Positions 1-11,203 are shown, numbered from the stretch's first letter. The stretch is 64,000 nucleotides of DNA from Myxococcota bacterium (GCA_965228475.1 OZ245817.1:3296001-3360000); one strand, 5' to 3'. Notes: generated from the letters alone by a model not told the origin. A program made the numbers and translations.

Positions 1-349
1 CGACGCCGCCGAGCAGGGGATCGAGATCGACACGATCGAGATGCCCCTCGAGAAGGTGAACCGCGCCGTGCTCGACGGCGAGAGCGAGGGCTTCGTGAAG
101 GTCCACCTGCGCAAGGGCAAGGACGAGATCCTCGGCGCGACCATCGTGGCGAGCCACGCCGGCGAGATGATCAGCGAGATCACGCTCGCCATGGTCGGCA
201 AGCTCGGCCTCGGCACGATCCTTAACGTGATCCACCCCTACCCGACCCAGGCCGAGGCGATCAAGCGGGTGGCCGGCGAACACGCGCGCCGCCGCCTGAC
301 CCCGACCGCGGCGAAGATCCTCGGTCGCATCATGGCCTGGAGCCGTTAG
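1..349 (+). CDS. Pyridine nucleotide-disulfide oxidoreductase, C-terminal dimerisation domain (5'-partial; MerA/Lpd-like family)
   Basis: Frame is open from the window edge. Motifs GFVKV..KG.DEILGATIVA.HAGEMI.E and IHPYPTQAEA. No C-terminal Cys-Cys pair. Confidence 0.85.
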   Translation, partial: DAAEQGIEIDTIEMPLEKVNRAVLDGESEGFVKVHLRKGKDEILGATIVASHAGEMISEITLAMVGKLGLGTILNVIHPYPTQAEAIKRVAGEHARRRLTPTAAKILGRIMAWSR

Positions 350-367
350 GCTCCGGGTGGAGGTTCC

Positions 368-1663
368 ATGTCCGACACCGACGTCTTCCAGGATGCTCTC
401 TCCCGGCTCGAGCGGATCGGCAAGGCGGCCGACATCGCGCCGAACGTGCTCGACGCACTTCGCCAGCCGAAGGCGCTCATGACGGCTTCGATCCCCGTCC
501 GCAAGGACGACGGCAGCCTCCAGTACTTCACCGCCTTCCGCTGCCGCTACAACGACGCGCGCGGCCCGGCCAAGGGCGGCATCCGCTACCACCCGGACGT
601 CTCGCGCGAAGAGGTCCAGGCCCTCGCGTTCTGGATGACGGTGAAGTGTGCGGTCGTCGGCATCCCCTACGGCGGTGGCAAGGGCGGCGTGATCGTCGAT
701 CCGAAGTCGCTTTCGCCGATGGAGCTCGAGCGCCTCTCGCGCGGCTACATGCGCGCGATGGCGGACTTCGTCGGCCCCGAGACGGACATCCCTGCCCCCG
801 ACGTCTACACCAACGCCCGCATCATGGGCTGGATGGCCGACGAGTACGAGACGATCCACCGCCGCAAGGCGCCGGGCGTCATCACGGGAAAGCCGATCGA
901 GCTCGGCGGGAGCCAGGGCCGGAGCGAGGCGACCGGCCGCGGGGCCTACCACGTGATCCAACGCTACGCCGAGCGCACGGGGCTCGACCCGAAGAAGACC
1001 CGGGTCGCGGTCCAGGGTTTCGGCAACGCGGGCTACCACGTCGCGCGGCTGCTCCAGCAGGACGGGTACAAGATCGTCGCCGCCTCGGATTCGAAGGGCG
1101 CGATCTACTCCGAGGACGGCTTCGACGTCGAGAGCCTCTACCAGCAGAAGCAGGAGACGCGCGTCCTCGAGGGCGTCTACTGCAACGGCTCGGTCTGCGA
1201 GCTCGTCGACCACGAGGACATCACCAACGAGGCCCTGCTCGAGCTCGACGTGGACATCCTGATCCCGGCCGCGCTCGAAGGCGTGATCACCTCGAAGAAC
1301 GCGAAGAACATCCGGGCCCGGGCGATCGCCGAGGTGGCCAACGGCCCGGTCAGCGGCGATGCCGACGACATCCTCGCCGATGCGGGCGTCACCGTCCTCC
1401 CGGACGTCCTGGTCAACGCCGGCGGCGTGACCGTGAGCTACTTCGAGTGGGTCCAGAACCGCGAGGGCTACCCGTGGACGCTCGAGACCGTCCGCGAACG
1501 GCTCGCGCGCACCATGAACGAATCCTTCGATGCGATGTGGGACGCCATGGAAGCGGAGAAGCTCGACGCCCGGACCGCCGCCTACGCGGTGGCCCTGCGG
1601 CGGATCGGCGAGACCATCGGCGCCCAGGGCGACGCGGCCTACTTCCGCGGCGATGGCCGCTAG
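368..1663 (+). CDS. gdhA: Glu/Leu/Phe/Val dehydrogenase (glutamate dehydrogenase)
   Basis: KGGIRYHP, GGGKGG, DIPAPDV, VITGKP...GGS.GR.EATG, QGFGNAG, NAGGVTVSYFEWVQN. GGAGG RBS upstream. Confidence 0.95.
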   Translation: MSDTDVFQDALSRLERIGKAADIAPNVLDALRQPKALMTASIPVRKDDGSLQYFTAFRCRYNDARGPAKGGIRYHPDVSREEVQALAFWMTVKCAVVGIPYGGGKGGVIVDPKSLSPMELERLSRGYMRAMADFVGPETDIPAPDVYTNARIMGWMADEYETIHRRKAPGVITGKPIELGGSQGRSEATGRGAYHVIQRYAERTGLDPKKTRVAVQGFGNAGYHVARLLQQDGYKIVAASDSKGAIYSEDGFDVESLYQQKQETRVLEGVYCNGSVCELVDHEDITNEALLELDVDILIPAALEGVITSKNAKNIRARAIAEVANGPVSGDADDILADAGVTVLPDVLVNAGGVTVSYFEWVQNREGYPWTLETVRERLARTMNESFDAMWDAMEAEKLDARTAAYAVALRRIGETIGAQGDAAYFRGDGR

Positions 1664-1672
1664 CCGCCCGGC

Positions 1673-2662
1673 GTGCCGCGGCTAGCGCGCTCGCCGCTCC
1701 TGCACTTTCTTCTCCTCGGCGGCCTGGCGTTCCTCGTCGTCCCGGAGGCGAAGCCGGTCCTCCAGGTCGACCCGGACGCCGTCGCCCGAACCTTCGCCGC
1801 GGAGGCCGGGCGCCCGCCGACTCCCGCCGAGCTCGAGCGCAACGTCGAACGGGAGATCGATGCCCGCGTCCTCGAGGCCGAAGCCTGGCGGCGGGGCCTC
1901 GACCGCCACGACTCGGCCGTGGCCACCCGCCTGGCGCGAATCGGGGACTTCGTGGACCCGGACGCCCCCGCTTCGGAACGCGCAGCCCGGGTGCGCGCGA
2001 TCGGGGCGGACCGGAGCGATCCGGTGCTCCGCGCGTACCTCGCCGAGCGCATGCGCAAGCTCCTGCTCGAGGACGTCGAAGCCGAAGCCGCCTCCGACGC
2101 GGTCCTGGCCGTGCACCTCGCCGCCCACCCGGAGCGCTTCGCGCGGACCGAGCGGCTCGTCGTCGAGCACGTGTTCCGCCGCGGCCCCGGCTCTCCCGAG
2201 GCGGACGACGCGTTCGCGGAGAGGCTGGCCGGGCTCACGCCGGCCGAGGCCGCGCGCCACGCGGACCCCTTCCCGCTGCCCAGCCGCATCGCCGGCTCGC
2301 GCGCCGAGATCGAGCGCGAGCTCGGCCCGGGCGCCACGCGCGGGCTCGACCCGGGCGCTCTCGAGCGCTGGCAGGGCCCGCTGCGCGGAACCCTCGGGCG
2401 CCACTGGATGTGGGTCTCGGCGTACGACCCGCCCCACGCCCCGACCCTCGAGGCCGTGCGCGCGGAGGTCGAAGCGGATTGGCGAGCGGCCCGCCGCGGC
2501 GCGCATCTGGCGCGGAGGCTGGCGGAGCTGCGCGAGCGCTACGAGGTGCGGCGCGCCGAGAGGATCGCCGCCACGAGCGCCTCGGGAACGTCCTCGGGGA
2601 TCGGCGCATCCTCGCCGCAGTCGCGGCAGATCGACTTGCCGAGTTCGACGGTGCGGCGGTAG
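1673..2662 (+). CDS. PpiC/rotamase-like membrane-anchored protein
   Basis: N-terminal PLLHFLLLGGLAF anchor, EA.RRGLD..D..V, W.GP....G.H and LRERYEV resemble PpiC-type (Rotamase_2) proteins. The last ~40 codons overlap the convergent anti-sigma gene. Confidence 0.7.
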   Translation: MPRLARSPLLHFLLLGGLAFLVVPEAKPVLQVDPDAVARTFAAEAGRPPTPAELERNVEREIDARVLEAEAWRRGLDRHDSAVATRLARIGDFVDPDAPASERAARVRAIGADRSDPVLRAYLAERMRKLLLEDVEAEAASDAVLAVHLAAHPERFARTERLVVEHVFRRGPGSPEADDAFAERLAGLTPAEAARHADPFPLPSRIAGSRAEIERELGPGATRGLDPGALERWQGPLRGTLGRHWMWVSAYDPPHAPTLEAVRAEVEADWRAARRGAHLARRLAELRERYEVRRAERIAATSASGTSSGIGASSPQSRQIDLPSSTVRR

Positions 2663-2787
2663 GTGTCGAGGTAGACCTCGCACGGCGGGCAGTCGGCGAG
2701 ATGCGCTTCGAAGTGGGCGCGCTGCTCGGCCGGCAGCTCGGCGTCGAGGTACGCCATCAGGAAGTCCACCATCTCCTTGCAGGTCAT
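2539..2787 (-). CDS. zf-HC2 anti-sigma factor
   Basis: MTC..MVDFLMAYLD.EL and HLADCPPC (HxxxCxxC). ATGA overlap with the ECF sigma gene. Confidence 0.9.
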   Translation of the reverse strand: MTCKEMVDFLMAYLDAELPAEQRAHFEAHLADCPPCEVYLDTYRRTVELGKSICRDCGEDAPIPEDVPEALVAAILSARRTS

Positions 2788-3389
2788 CCGCTCTCCTCCT
2801 GCACGAGATCGGGCTCGAGCAGCGTCCGCAGCGCCTGTCGCGCCCGGTGCAGGCGCGTCTTCACCGCTCCCGTGCTGAGCGAGAGCGCCTCGGCCGTCTC
2901 CTCCGTGTCGAGCCCTTCCACGTCCCTTAGAAGCAGGATCGTCCGATAGGTTTCGGGGAGTTCGTGAATCCGGTCGAAGACGAGCTGCCGGAGTTCCCGG
3001 CGCTCGAGGGCCTCGTCCCCGGGCGCGGCCCAGGCCGGGGTCGGCTTCTCCATGTGGCCGTCCTCGATGAACTTCGGGAGGAGCGCGTCGATCGGCTCCT
3101 CGGGCTTGCGGCGGCGCGTGCGCATCTTCATCAGCGCGGCGTTCACGACGATGCGGTGCAGCCAGGTCCCGAGCTGGGAGCCGCCCTCGAAGCGGTCGAT
3201 GGCCTTGAAGGCGGAGAGGAACGCGTCCTGGACGGCGTCGCCGGCGTCGTCGTCGCTGCGCAGCATGCGCTTGGCGACGGCGAACATGCGGCCGCCGTGG
3301 GTGCGGACGAGCTGTTCGTAGGCCGCCTCGTCTCCCGCGCGCAGCCCCTCGAGCAGCTTGCCCTCGTCCGGCGGCGGGGGCGCGCTCAC
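2784..3389 (-). CDS. ECF RNA polymerase sigma-70 factor
   Basis: Region 2 DAVQDAFL.AF..I..F.G.S.LGTWL.RI..N and region 4 LP..YR.ILLLRDVEGL...ETA..L..S.GAVKTRLHRAR. Confidence 0.95.
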   Translation of the reverse strand: MSAPPPPDEGKLLEGLRAGDEAAYEQLVRTHGGRMFAVAKRMLRSDDDAGDAVQDAFLSAFKAIDRFEGGSQLGTWLHRIVVNAALMKMRTRRRKPEEPIDALLPKFIEDGHMEKPTPAWAAPGDEALERRELRQLVFDRIHELPETYRTILLLRDVEGLDTEETAEALSLSTGAVKTRLHRARQALRTLLEPDLVQEESG

Positions 3390-3427
3390 GGGGCGGCGGG
3401 ATCCGGCGGCGACGGAGGCGTGCTCAC
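3386..3427 (-). CDS. Putative 13-aa leaderless upstream ORF (MSTPPSPPDPAAP) coupled to the ECF sigma gene
   Basis: GTG at 3427 lies 7 nt after TAACCT. Its TGA (3388..3386) overlaps the sigma GTG. The peptide resembles the sigma N-terminus MSAPPPPD. Confidence 0.45.
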   Translation of the reverse strand: MSTPPSPPDPAAP

Positions 3428-3434
3428 GGGGCGG

Positions 3435-3444
3435 AGGTTACCAT
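3435..3444. promoter_or_regulatory. Overlapping divergent -10 elements (bidirectional, leaderless-type promoter)
   Basis: AGGTTACCAT gives TACCAT (+, 8 nt before ATG 3453) and TAACCT (-, 7 nt before GTG 3427). Confidence 0.55.
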
Positions 3445-3452
3445 GGGCCGCG

Positions 3453-3980
3453 ATGTCCGCCCTGCTCCGCTTCCTCGGGATCCGCCCCGCCACCCCCGCC
3501 GAGAGCCGTGACGCCGAGACCGATTCGGTCCGCCGGATCGCCGCCCGGCTCGACCAGCTCGACCCGCAGATCGCGAAGTACCTCGCGGCCTTCGCCTACG
3601 TGCTCGCGCGCGTCGCCCACGCCGATCTCGAGATCGACGAAGCGGAGACCGAGAAGATGCAGGACGTGGTGGCGCGGGTCGGCAAGCTCTCGGAGGACGA
3701 GGCCGTGCTCGCGGTGGAGATCGCGAAGTCCCAGGCGCGCGTCCTCGGCGGCACCGAGAACTACGTCGTCACGCGGGAGTTCCGACGCATCTCGAGCCCG
3801 ACCCAGCGGAGCCAGCTGCTCGAGTGCCTCTACGCGGTGGCCGCGGCCGACGGGGCGATCTCGAGCGTCGAGTCCCAGGAGATCCGCAGCATCGCCGAGG
3901 AGCTCGGATTCACGCGCGACGAGGCGAACGCCCTGCGCTCCCAGTACCGAGATCAGATCTCGGTACTGAAGAAGGACTGA
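3453..3980 (+). CDS. TerB-family (tellurite resistance/DjlA N-terminal-like) protein
   Basis: Start trimmed to MSALLRF. Motifs LARVA.AD.EI.E.E and LYAVAAADG.IS..E..EIR.IA.ELG. Confidence 0.85.
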   Translation: MSALLRFLGIRPATPAESRDAETDSVRRIAARLDQLDPQIAKYLAAFAYVLARVAHADLEIDEAETEKMQDVVARVGKLSEDEAVLAVEIAKSQARVLGGTENYVVTREFRRISSPTQRSQLLECLYAVAAADGAISSVESQEIRSIAEELGFTRDEANALRSQYRDQISVLKKD

Positions 3981-3989
3981 GCGGCTGCC

Positions 3990-4673
3990 TCAGTTCCGGA
4001 TCAGGAGCAGCGACTGCGGGTCGAGCGCGACGTGCAGCGCGGAGACGTCCGGGTTGTCGTGATCCTTGAGGGCCCGGAGCACGACGGCGTCCTGGCCGGG
4101 CTCGAGGGCCAGTACCACGCTCACCTCACCCTGGGCCGGCCCGAGCCGGTCCGGCAGGCCCGCGACCTTCTCCTCACCGCCCGCGACGGCCAGCCAGAGC
4201 TCGAGGCCGTGCTCCGCGGCGAGCTCCCGCAGGGCCTTCACGTCCGTCGCCGCCAGCACCTCGGCACCGTCGACGATCACCACGTTCGGCTTCTTGCCGG
4301 CCTCCGCCTCGAGGCCGAGCGCTTCCCGGAGCTTGCCCACGTGGAAGCCTTCGGAGGCGTAGACGCGGATGCTGCGGCGGCTGTCGGCCTCGGCGTGCAC
4401 CGTGGCCGCGTCCTCGAGCTTGCTCTGCTGGGAGAGTTCGTCGAAGACGGTGTCGTAGTAGGTCCGGATGTGATCGACGGTCTGATCGAGGCCGACGTGG
4501 AGCACGTTGTGGTCGCGCAGCAGGTGGTCGAGCGCCATCCCGACCAGGAAGGAAGACTTGCCGACGCCGTGGCCCGCCAGGACCACGCCGAGGTTCCCCG
4601 CGCCGAGGCCGCCGTGGAGGCCTTTCTCGAGCATGCGGATCGGGCTTCGGGCCGTCAGATACTCGCGGTACAT
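3990..4673 (-). CDS. RecA-fold (DnaB/KaiC-like) P-loop ATPase, function unknown
   Basis: GGL.AGNLGVVLAGHGVGKSS Walker A and VVIVDG Walker B. Lies directly downstream of fusA. Confidence 0.75.
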   Translation of the reverse strand: MYREYLTARSPIRMLEKGLHGGLGAGNLGVVLAGHGVGKSSFLVGMALDHLLRDHNVLHVGLDQTVDHIRTYYDTVFDELSQQSKLEDAATVHAEADSRRSIRVYASEGFHVGKLREALGLEAEAGKKPNVVIVDGAEVLAATDVKALRELAAEHGLELWLAVAGGEEKVAGLPDRLGPAQGEVSVVLALEPGQDAVVLRALKDHDNPDVSALHVALDPQSLLLIRN

Positions 4674-4733
4674 CGCTCCCCCTGAAACTCGCGGGCGTCA
4701 CGCACCCGCGAAGACTGGGCGTCTCTTGCCAGT

Positions 4734-6833
<2,100 letters not shown>

Positions 6834-7114
6834 GTCGTCACCGCCTGGCTGGTGATCCCCCGGCCCACGGGCCTCGGGATCTAGGGCCCCCACTCCCCCT
6901 CCCCAGGGGGAAACAGCGAAGAGCCCGTCACGTCAATGTGTTCGTTCGCGAATGCGTACGCCCACCTCCCGGCGTCCATCCGGGGGGCGGGCTTGAGCCC
7001 TTGTTTTTGGGCGGCGGCAATGTAGCGAGTGGGGGCGGAGGGGGCCACCGGGGGCCCGCCGCCGCCTGCTGGCGGGCGAAGCCGTATAGAATCGGCCCCA
7101 CGCGGAGGTTCCCC

Positions 7115-8065
7115 ATGCGCTGGCTCGTCCTGCCCCTGTCCTTGCTGCTCCTCACGGCCCCGGCCCACGCGGGCGACGGGGCGCTCGAGATCAACCAGGC
7201 CTGCGTGAACTCCGGCTGCTTCCCGGGAGATGCGCCGGGCTTCCCGGTCGAGATCACCTCACAGGCCAGCTATCGGCTGACCAGCAACCTGATCGGGACC
7301 AACGGGGGCACGGCCATCTCGATCCAGGCGAGTGGCGTGACGATCGACTTCGGCGGCTTCACGGTGGGCCCGTGCACCAACGTCTCGCAAATCTGCCCGA
7401 TCCTCCTGGAGCAGGACGGGATCTCGGGCAGCGCCTTCAACGACGTGACGCTCCGCAACGGTGTCGTCGAGTTCTTCCGGGGCGACGGCATCGACCTCGG
7501 CCAGCGCGCCCTCGTGGAAGACATGGTGATCCGGAACAACACGCGAAACGGTCTGCGCGTCCTCCAGAACTCCATCGTCCGGAAGAACCGCATCTCCAAC
7601 AACGGCGGCACCGGCGCCTCCTTGGGCGCGGGCACCTCCTGGGGTGGCAACGTCCTCACCCAGAATGGGCGCAACTTCGCGGGCAACGCTTTCGCGGCCC
7701 TCCCGAACGTCTGCGACGGCCGGTCCTGCAGCAAGTCGGACACCGGCCGGCGCTTCTACCTCACGAGTGATCTCGCGCAGTGGGCGGATGCGGACGCGGC
7801 GTGTGCCGACGGCTATCGCATGGCGTTCCAGGCGGAGCTGACGAACTCGGCCGCGCTCGTCTACCAGGAGGGGCTCGGCGAAGACCGCGCGACGGCGCTG
7901 CGTGCCGGGGGCGGTGGCCGAGGCTACATCGCCGACCGCTGCTTCGTCCTCGAGTTCGAGACCACGGGGGCCGCGAACGTCTTTGGCGAAGGGCAGTGGC
8001 TGGCCGACGACCCCGGAAGCTGCGTCTTCACCTCCGGGCGACCGGTTTGGTGCATCCAGGAGTAG
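7115..8065 (+). CDS. Secreted right-handed beta-helix protein with Cys-rich C-terminal domain
   Basis: Signal peptide MRWLVLPLSLLLLTAPAHA, GFPVEIT...SYRLTSNL, VTIDFGGF, N/G-rich beta-helix repeats. GGAGG RBS and TAGAAT upstream. Confidence 0.8.
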   Translation: MRWLVLPLSLLLLTAPAHAGDGALEINQACVNSGCFPGDAPGFPVEITSQASYRLTSNLIGTNGGTAISIQASGVTIDFGGFTVGPCTNVSQICPILLEQDGISGSAFNDVTLRNGVVEFFRGDGIDLGQRALVEDMVIRNNTRNGLRVLQNSIVRKNRISNNGGTGASLGAGTSWGGNVLTQNGRNFAGNAFAALPNVCDGRSCSKSDTGRRFYLTSDLAQWADADAACADGYRMAFQAELTNSAALVYQEGLGEDRATALRAGGGGRGYIADRCFVLEFETTGAANVFGEGQWLADDPGSCVFTSGRPVWCIQE

Positions 8066-8078
8066 CGCCGAGCGCGCC

Positions 8079-9296
8079 CTAGCCCGCCAGCATCGCCTCC
8101 GCGCTGCCCCGGAGCATGAGATCCCGGGCCACCGGGTCCTTCTCCGCCACGATCAGGATCTTCGCCAGGGTCGTGGCCAGGTGGTAGAAGGGCCAGTCGC
8201 TGCCGAAGATCAGGCGGTCGGCGCCGACGGCCTGCCAGGCGCGGTCGAGCTGCCGGAGGCCGAGCGAGGAGATCCCGAGCCAGACGTTGCGGTGCCGCTT
8301 CACGATCGGGATGGCGCCCTCGAGATCCCGGGCGCCGCCGTGGCCGTAGATGAAGCGGACCCCCGGGAACTCGGCCGCCGCAGGCTCGTAGTGCCGCATG
8401 AGCGCGTAGGGCCGCAGGCGCTCCCCCTCGATGCCCGAGCGGCCGGCGTGGAAGACGACCGGGAACCCGAGCCGCTCGCACTCGGCGTAGACCTCCATGG
8501 CCTCCGGGGAGTCCGGGAAGAAGCGCTGCATCTCGGGGTGGAGCTTGATGCCCTTCGCGCCGGCCGCGGCCAGGGCCCGGAGCCTCTCCGGGGCGCCCGG
8601 GCCGGGCTTCACGCTCGCGTAGGGGAGCAGGCGGTCCTCCCAGCCGTTCTCGCGGATCGCCCGGATCCAGCGCTCCGAGAGCGAGTCGCCGAAGGGCAGC
8701 CCGAACTCGATCGGCAACACCGCCGCCTGGGTGACGCCGGTGTCCTCCATCTCGGCGAGCAGGTTCGCCGCCGTGTGGGTGCGCGTGGCCTCGGAGAGCC
8801 CGAGGCCGCCGAGCAGGAACTCCTTCTGGAGCGCCGAGTGGGCCTCCTCGCTGAAGTTCCCGTTCACGTAGACGTCGAGGTCGAGCTCGCAGCCCGGGTC
8901 CGTGGCGTCGCAGTCGAGCAGGTGGTGGACGCGTTCGCTGCGGGCCGTCTGGTCGAGCTCGCCGCCGAACAGCACGGACATGCCGAAGTGCGTGTGGATG
9001 TCGATGATGCCCGGCAGCTCGACGGCGGTGCGCAGCCGACCCTCGGGCGTCAGTTCGAACCAGGGAAGCTCTGCGAGCCCCCGGTAGCCCCGGTAGACGT
9101 GGCGGCCGTGGGGCCCCCTCCCCGCCATCGCGGCCTCTTCGCGCTGCTGCTGCTCGAGCCGCGCGACGTCCTCCGCCGTGTACTGCTCCGGGTCCTTCGA
9201 GGGGTCCGCACCGCAGCCCGGCAGCGCCAGGGCCGCCGCCGTGCCGAGCAGCCCGCGCTGGAACTCCCGCCGCGTGAGCGCCTTGGGCAGCGTCAC
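8079..9296 (-). CDS. Amidohydrolase_2-family protein, predicted Tat-exported lipoprotein
   Basis: TRREF twin-arginine motif, LPGC lipobox, IIDIHTH, GIKLHP, VVFHAG, YGHGG, LIFGSDWPF. GTGA overlap with the upstream formyltransferase. Confidence 0.88.
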   Translation of the reverse strand: MTLPKALTRREFQRGLLGTAAALALPGCGADPSKDPEQYTAEDVARLEQQQREEAAMAGRGPHGRHVYRGYRGLAELPWFELTPEGRLRTAVELPGIIDIHTHFGMSVLFGGELDQTARSERVHHLLDCDATDPGCELDLDVYVNGNFSEEAHSALQKEFLLGGLGLSEATRTHTAANLLAEMEDTGVTQAAVLPIEFGLPFGDSLSERWIRAIRENGWEDRLLPYASVKPGPGAPERLRALAAAGAKGIKLHPEMQRFFPDSPEAMEVYAECERLGFPVVFHAGRSGIEGERLRPYALMRHYEPAAAEFPGVRFIYGHGGARDLEGAIPIVKRHRNVWLGISSLGLRQLDRAWQAVGADRLIFGSDWPFYHLATTLAKILIVAEKDPVARDLMLRGSAEAMLAG

Positions 9297-10252
9297 GACC
9301 CGAGCCGATCGCCGACGCGCAGGCCCGACTCCGCCGCCACGGCCTTGGGCGCCGAGCCGACCCGCGCCTTGCGCACCCGAAGCCGCCCGCCGGAGACGGC
9401 CACGAGCAGCGCCCCCTTCTCCCCCTCGGCGACCACGGTGCCCGGTTCCCCGTCCCCGGCCTCCGCCGGCAGGAGCCCGCCGCCGAACAGGCGGACCGTC
9501 TCCTCCCCGCGCAGGCCGAAGGCGCCGGGCTGGGGGTCGCAGCCGCGCACCAGGCGGTCGATCTCCTCGCCCGGGCGGCTCCAATCGATGCGGGCGACCT
9601 CGTCGTCGACCCGGCCCTGGAAGCTCGCCCCGTCTTCGCCCTGGGGCGTCGGCTTGGCGCTGCCGTCGGCGACGGCGGCCACGGCCTCGGCCATGGCCTC
9701 GAGGCCGAGCGGGTAGAGGTGGTCGAAGTAGAGGCTCGCGGCGGTCGCTTCGGGACCGATCGCCACACCTCCCTTCTGGACGACGATCGGGCCGGTATCG
9801 ACCCCCTCGTCGGGCTGAAAGACGGTGACGCCCGACACCGCCGCGCCATTGATGATCTGCCATGGAATGGCTGTCCCGCCCCGAAAGGCCGGCAGGAGCG
9901 ACGGATGGAAGCAGAGAGAGCCCAGGCGGGGCGCGTCGACGATCTCCGGCGGCAGGATCACCGTCGTGAAGGGCATGACGTTGAGATCGGCGCCGAGGGC
10001 GAGGAATTCCTCGACCTTCTCGGGGATCGCCTGCCCCTTGCGCCGGTAGGCCTTGTGCCGGAAGAGGGGGATGCCGCGCGCCTCGGCCTCGGCGGCCAGG
10101 GGGTCCGGGCGCCCGCCGCCGTCGGGCGGCACGGAGACGCCGACGATCGTGTGGCCGTCCTCGATGAGGCGGATCATCACGTCCTTGCCGAAGGGCGCCT
10201 GGCCGAAGATGGCGATGCGGAGCGAGGGGGTCGATTGCGGGTCGTGCGACAT
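9293..10252 (-). CDS. Formyltransferase-family protein (Fmt/10-formyl-THF hydrolase-like)
   Basis: CFHPSLLP.FRGG..I.W.I, GVTVF..DEGVDTGPI, IDWSRP..EIDRLVRG.DP.PGA. TACACT lies 7 nt before the ATG. Confidence 0.88.
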   Translation of the reverse strand: MSHDPQSTPSLRIAIFGQAPFGKDVMIRLIEDGHTIVGVSVPPDGGGRPDPLAAEAEARGIPLFRHKAYRRKGQAIPEKVEEFLALGADLNVMPFTTVILPPEIVDAPRLGSLCFHPSLLPAFRGGTAIPWQIINGAAVSGVTVFQPDEGVDTGPIVVQKGGVAIGPEATAASLYFDHLYPLGLEAMAEAVAAVADGSAKPTPQGEDGASFQGRVDDEVARIDWSRPGEEIDRLVRGCDPQPGAFGLRGEETVRLFGGGLLPAEAGDGEPGTVVAEGEKGALLVAVSGGRLRVRKARVGSAPKAVAAESGLRVGDRLGS

Positions 10253-10366
10253 GGCGCGCAGTGTATCGCGCGGGGTAGCGCCGCGCGGCGGCGCGAGACA
10301 ACATCCCGGGGATTCGCTCGGACCAAGGGGGGGTTCTTGGGTTTGCAACGACCGTTCTCGTTCCCG

Positions 10367-11203
10367 ATGGCGTTGGCCATGGGCTGGCTGCTGCTCTCGG
10401 GCTGTGCGGCCGGGCCGGCGCCGCGGGCCGCGGACGCTGGCGCCGGCGCCCACGAAGGTCTGAACGCGACCCTCTGGCTGCAAACCGCCGCCGAGTACCG
10501 CGCGAACGTCCTGCAGGCGTTCACGGGGGCGACCGCCCACCTCGACCAGGCCCTCGCGGACCCCACGTGGACCGCGGCGGTCGAGCAGACCGGCGACTTC
10601 GGAGCCCTCCCGCCCGCCATCATCCTCGACATGGACGAGGCGATCATCCGCAGCGACCGCTTCCAGGCCCAGCTCGTGCGCGACGACGCCGCCTTCACCA
10701 TCGAAGACTGGAACGCCTGGGTGCGCACGGAGGTCTCCGAGGCCATGCCCGGCGCGCTCGAGTACGTGCGCCAGGCCAAGGCGCGCGGCATCACGATCTT
10801 CTACGTCACGAACCGGACGGGCACCGTCGAGCGGGAGACCTTCGAGACGCTGCGCAAGCTCGGCTTCCCCGTCGAGGGCGGGCTCGAGGCGCTGCTCACC
10901 CAGGACGAGCGGCCCGAGTGGCCGAGCGACAAGTCCTCGCGGCGCGCCCATCTCGCCCGGACCCACCGCATCCTGCAGATCGTCGGCGACAACCTGAACG
11001 ACTTCGTGAGCGGCGCCCACGTCGCGCCGGCCGCGCGCCGGGAGCTGGCCGAGTCCTACGGCGGGTACTGGGGCACGCGCTGGATCATCACGCCGAACCC
11101 GGCCTACGGCGGCTGGCACGGCGCCCTCTACGATTTCGACTACGGCCTCCCGGCCGACGAGAGACGCGAGCGGCTTCGCCAGCACCTCGAGTCCTGGAAG
11201 TAG
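10367..11203 (+). CDS. Class C acid phosphatase / 5'-nucleotidase lipoprotein e(P4) family (HAD)
   Basis: LSGC lipobox, ATLW.QTAAEY.A, IILDMDE, FYVTNR, K..RR, VGDNLNDF, PNPAYGGW. Start approximate. Confidence 0.9.
   Translation: MALAMGWLLLSGCAAGPAPRAADAGAGAHEGLNATLWLQTAAEYRANVLQAFTGATAHLDQALADPTWTAAVEQTGDFGALPPAIILDMDEAIIRSDRFQAQLVRDDAAFTIEDWNAWVRTEVSEAMPGALEYVRQAKARGITIFYVTNRTGTVERETFETLRKLGFPVEGGLEALLTQDERPEWPSDKSSRRAHLARTHRILQIVGDNLNDFVSGAHVAPAARRELAESYGGYWGTRWIITPNPAYGGWHGALYDFDYGLPADERRERLRQHLESWK

Noticed and set aside
1..349. Mercuric reductase MerA
   Set aside because: No C-terminal Cys-Cys pair and no mer genes nearby, so it is kept as a generic disulfide oxidoreductase.
646..2949. 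767-aa Arg-rich ORF and the many similar long alternative-frame ORFs (e.g. 14483..18820+, 15465..18731-, 20852..24064+, 57575..62035-, 62035..63999-)
   Set aside because: Shadow ORFs of high-GC DNA. They overlap genes with clear family motifs and have no motifs of their own.
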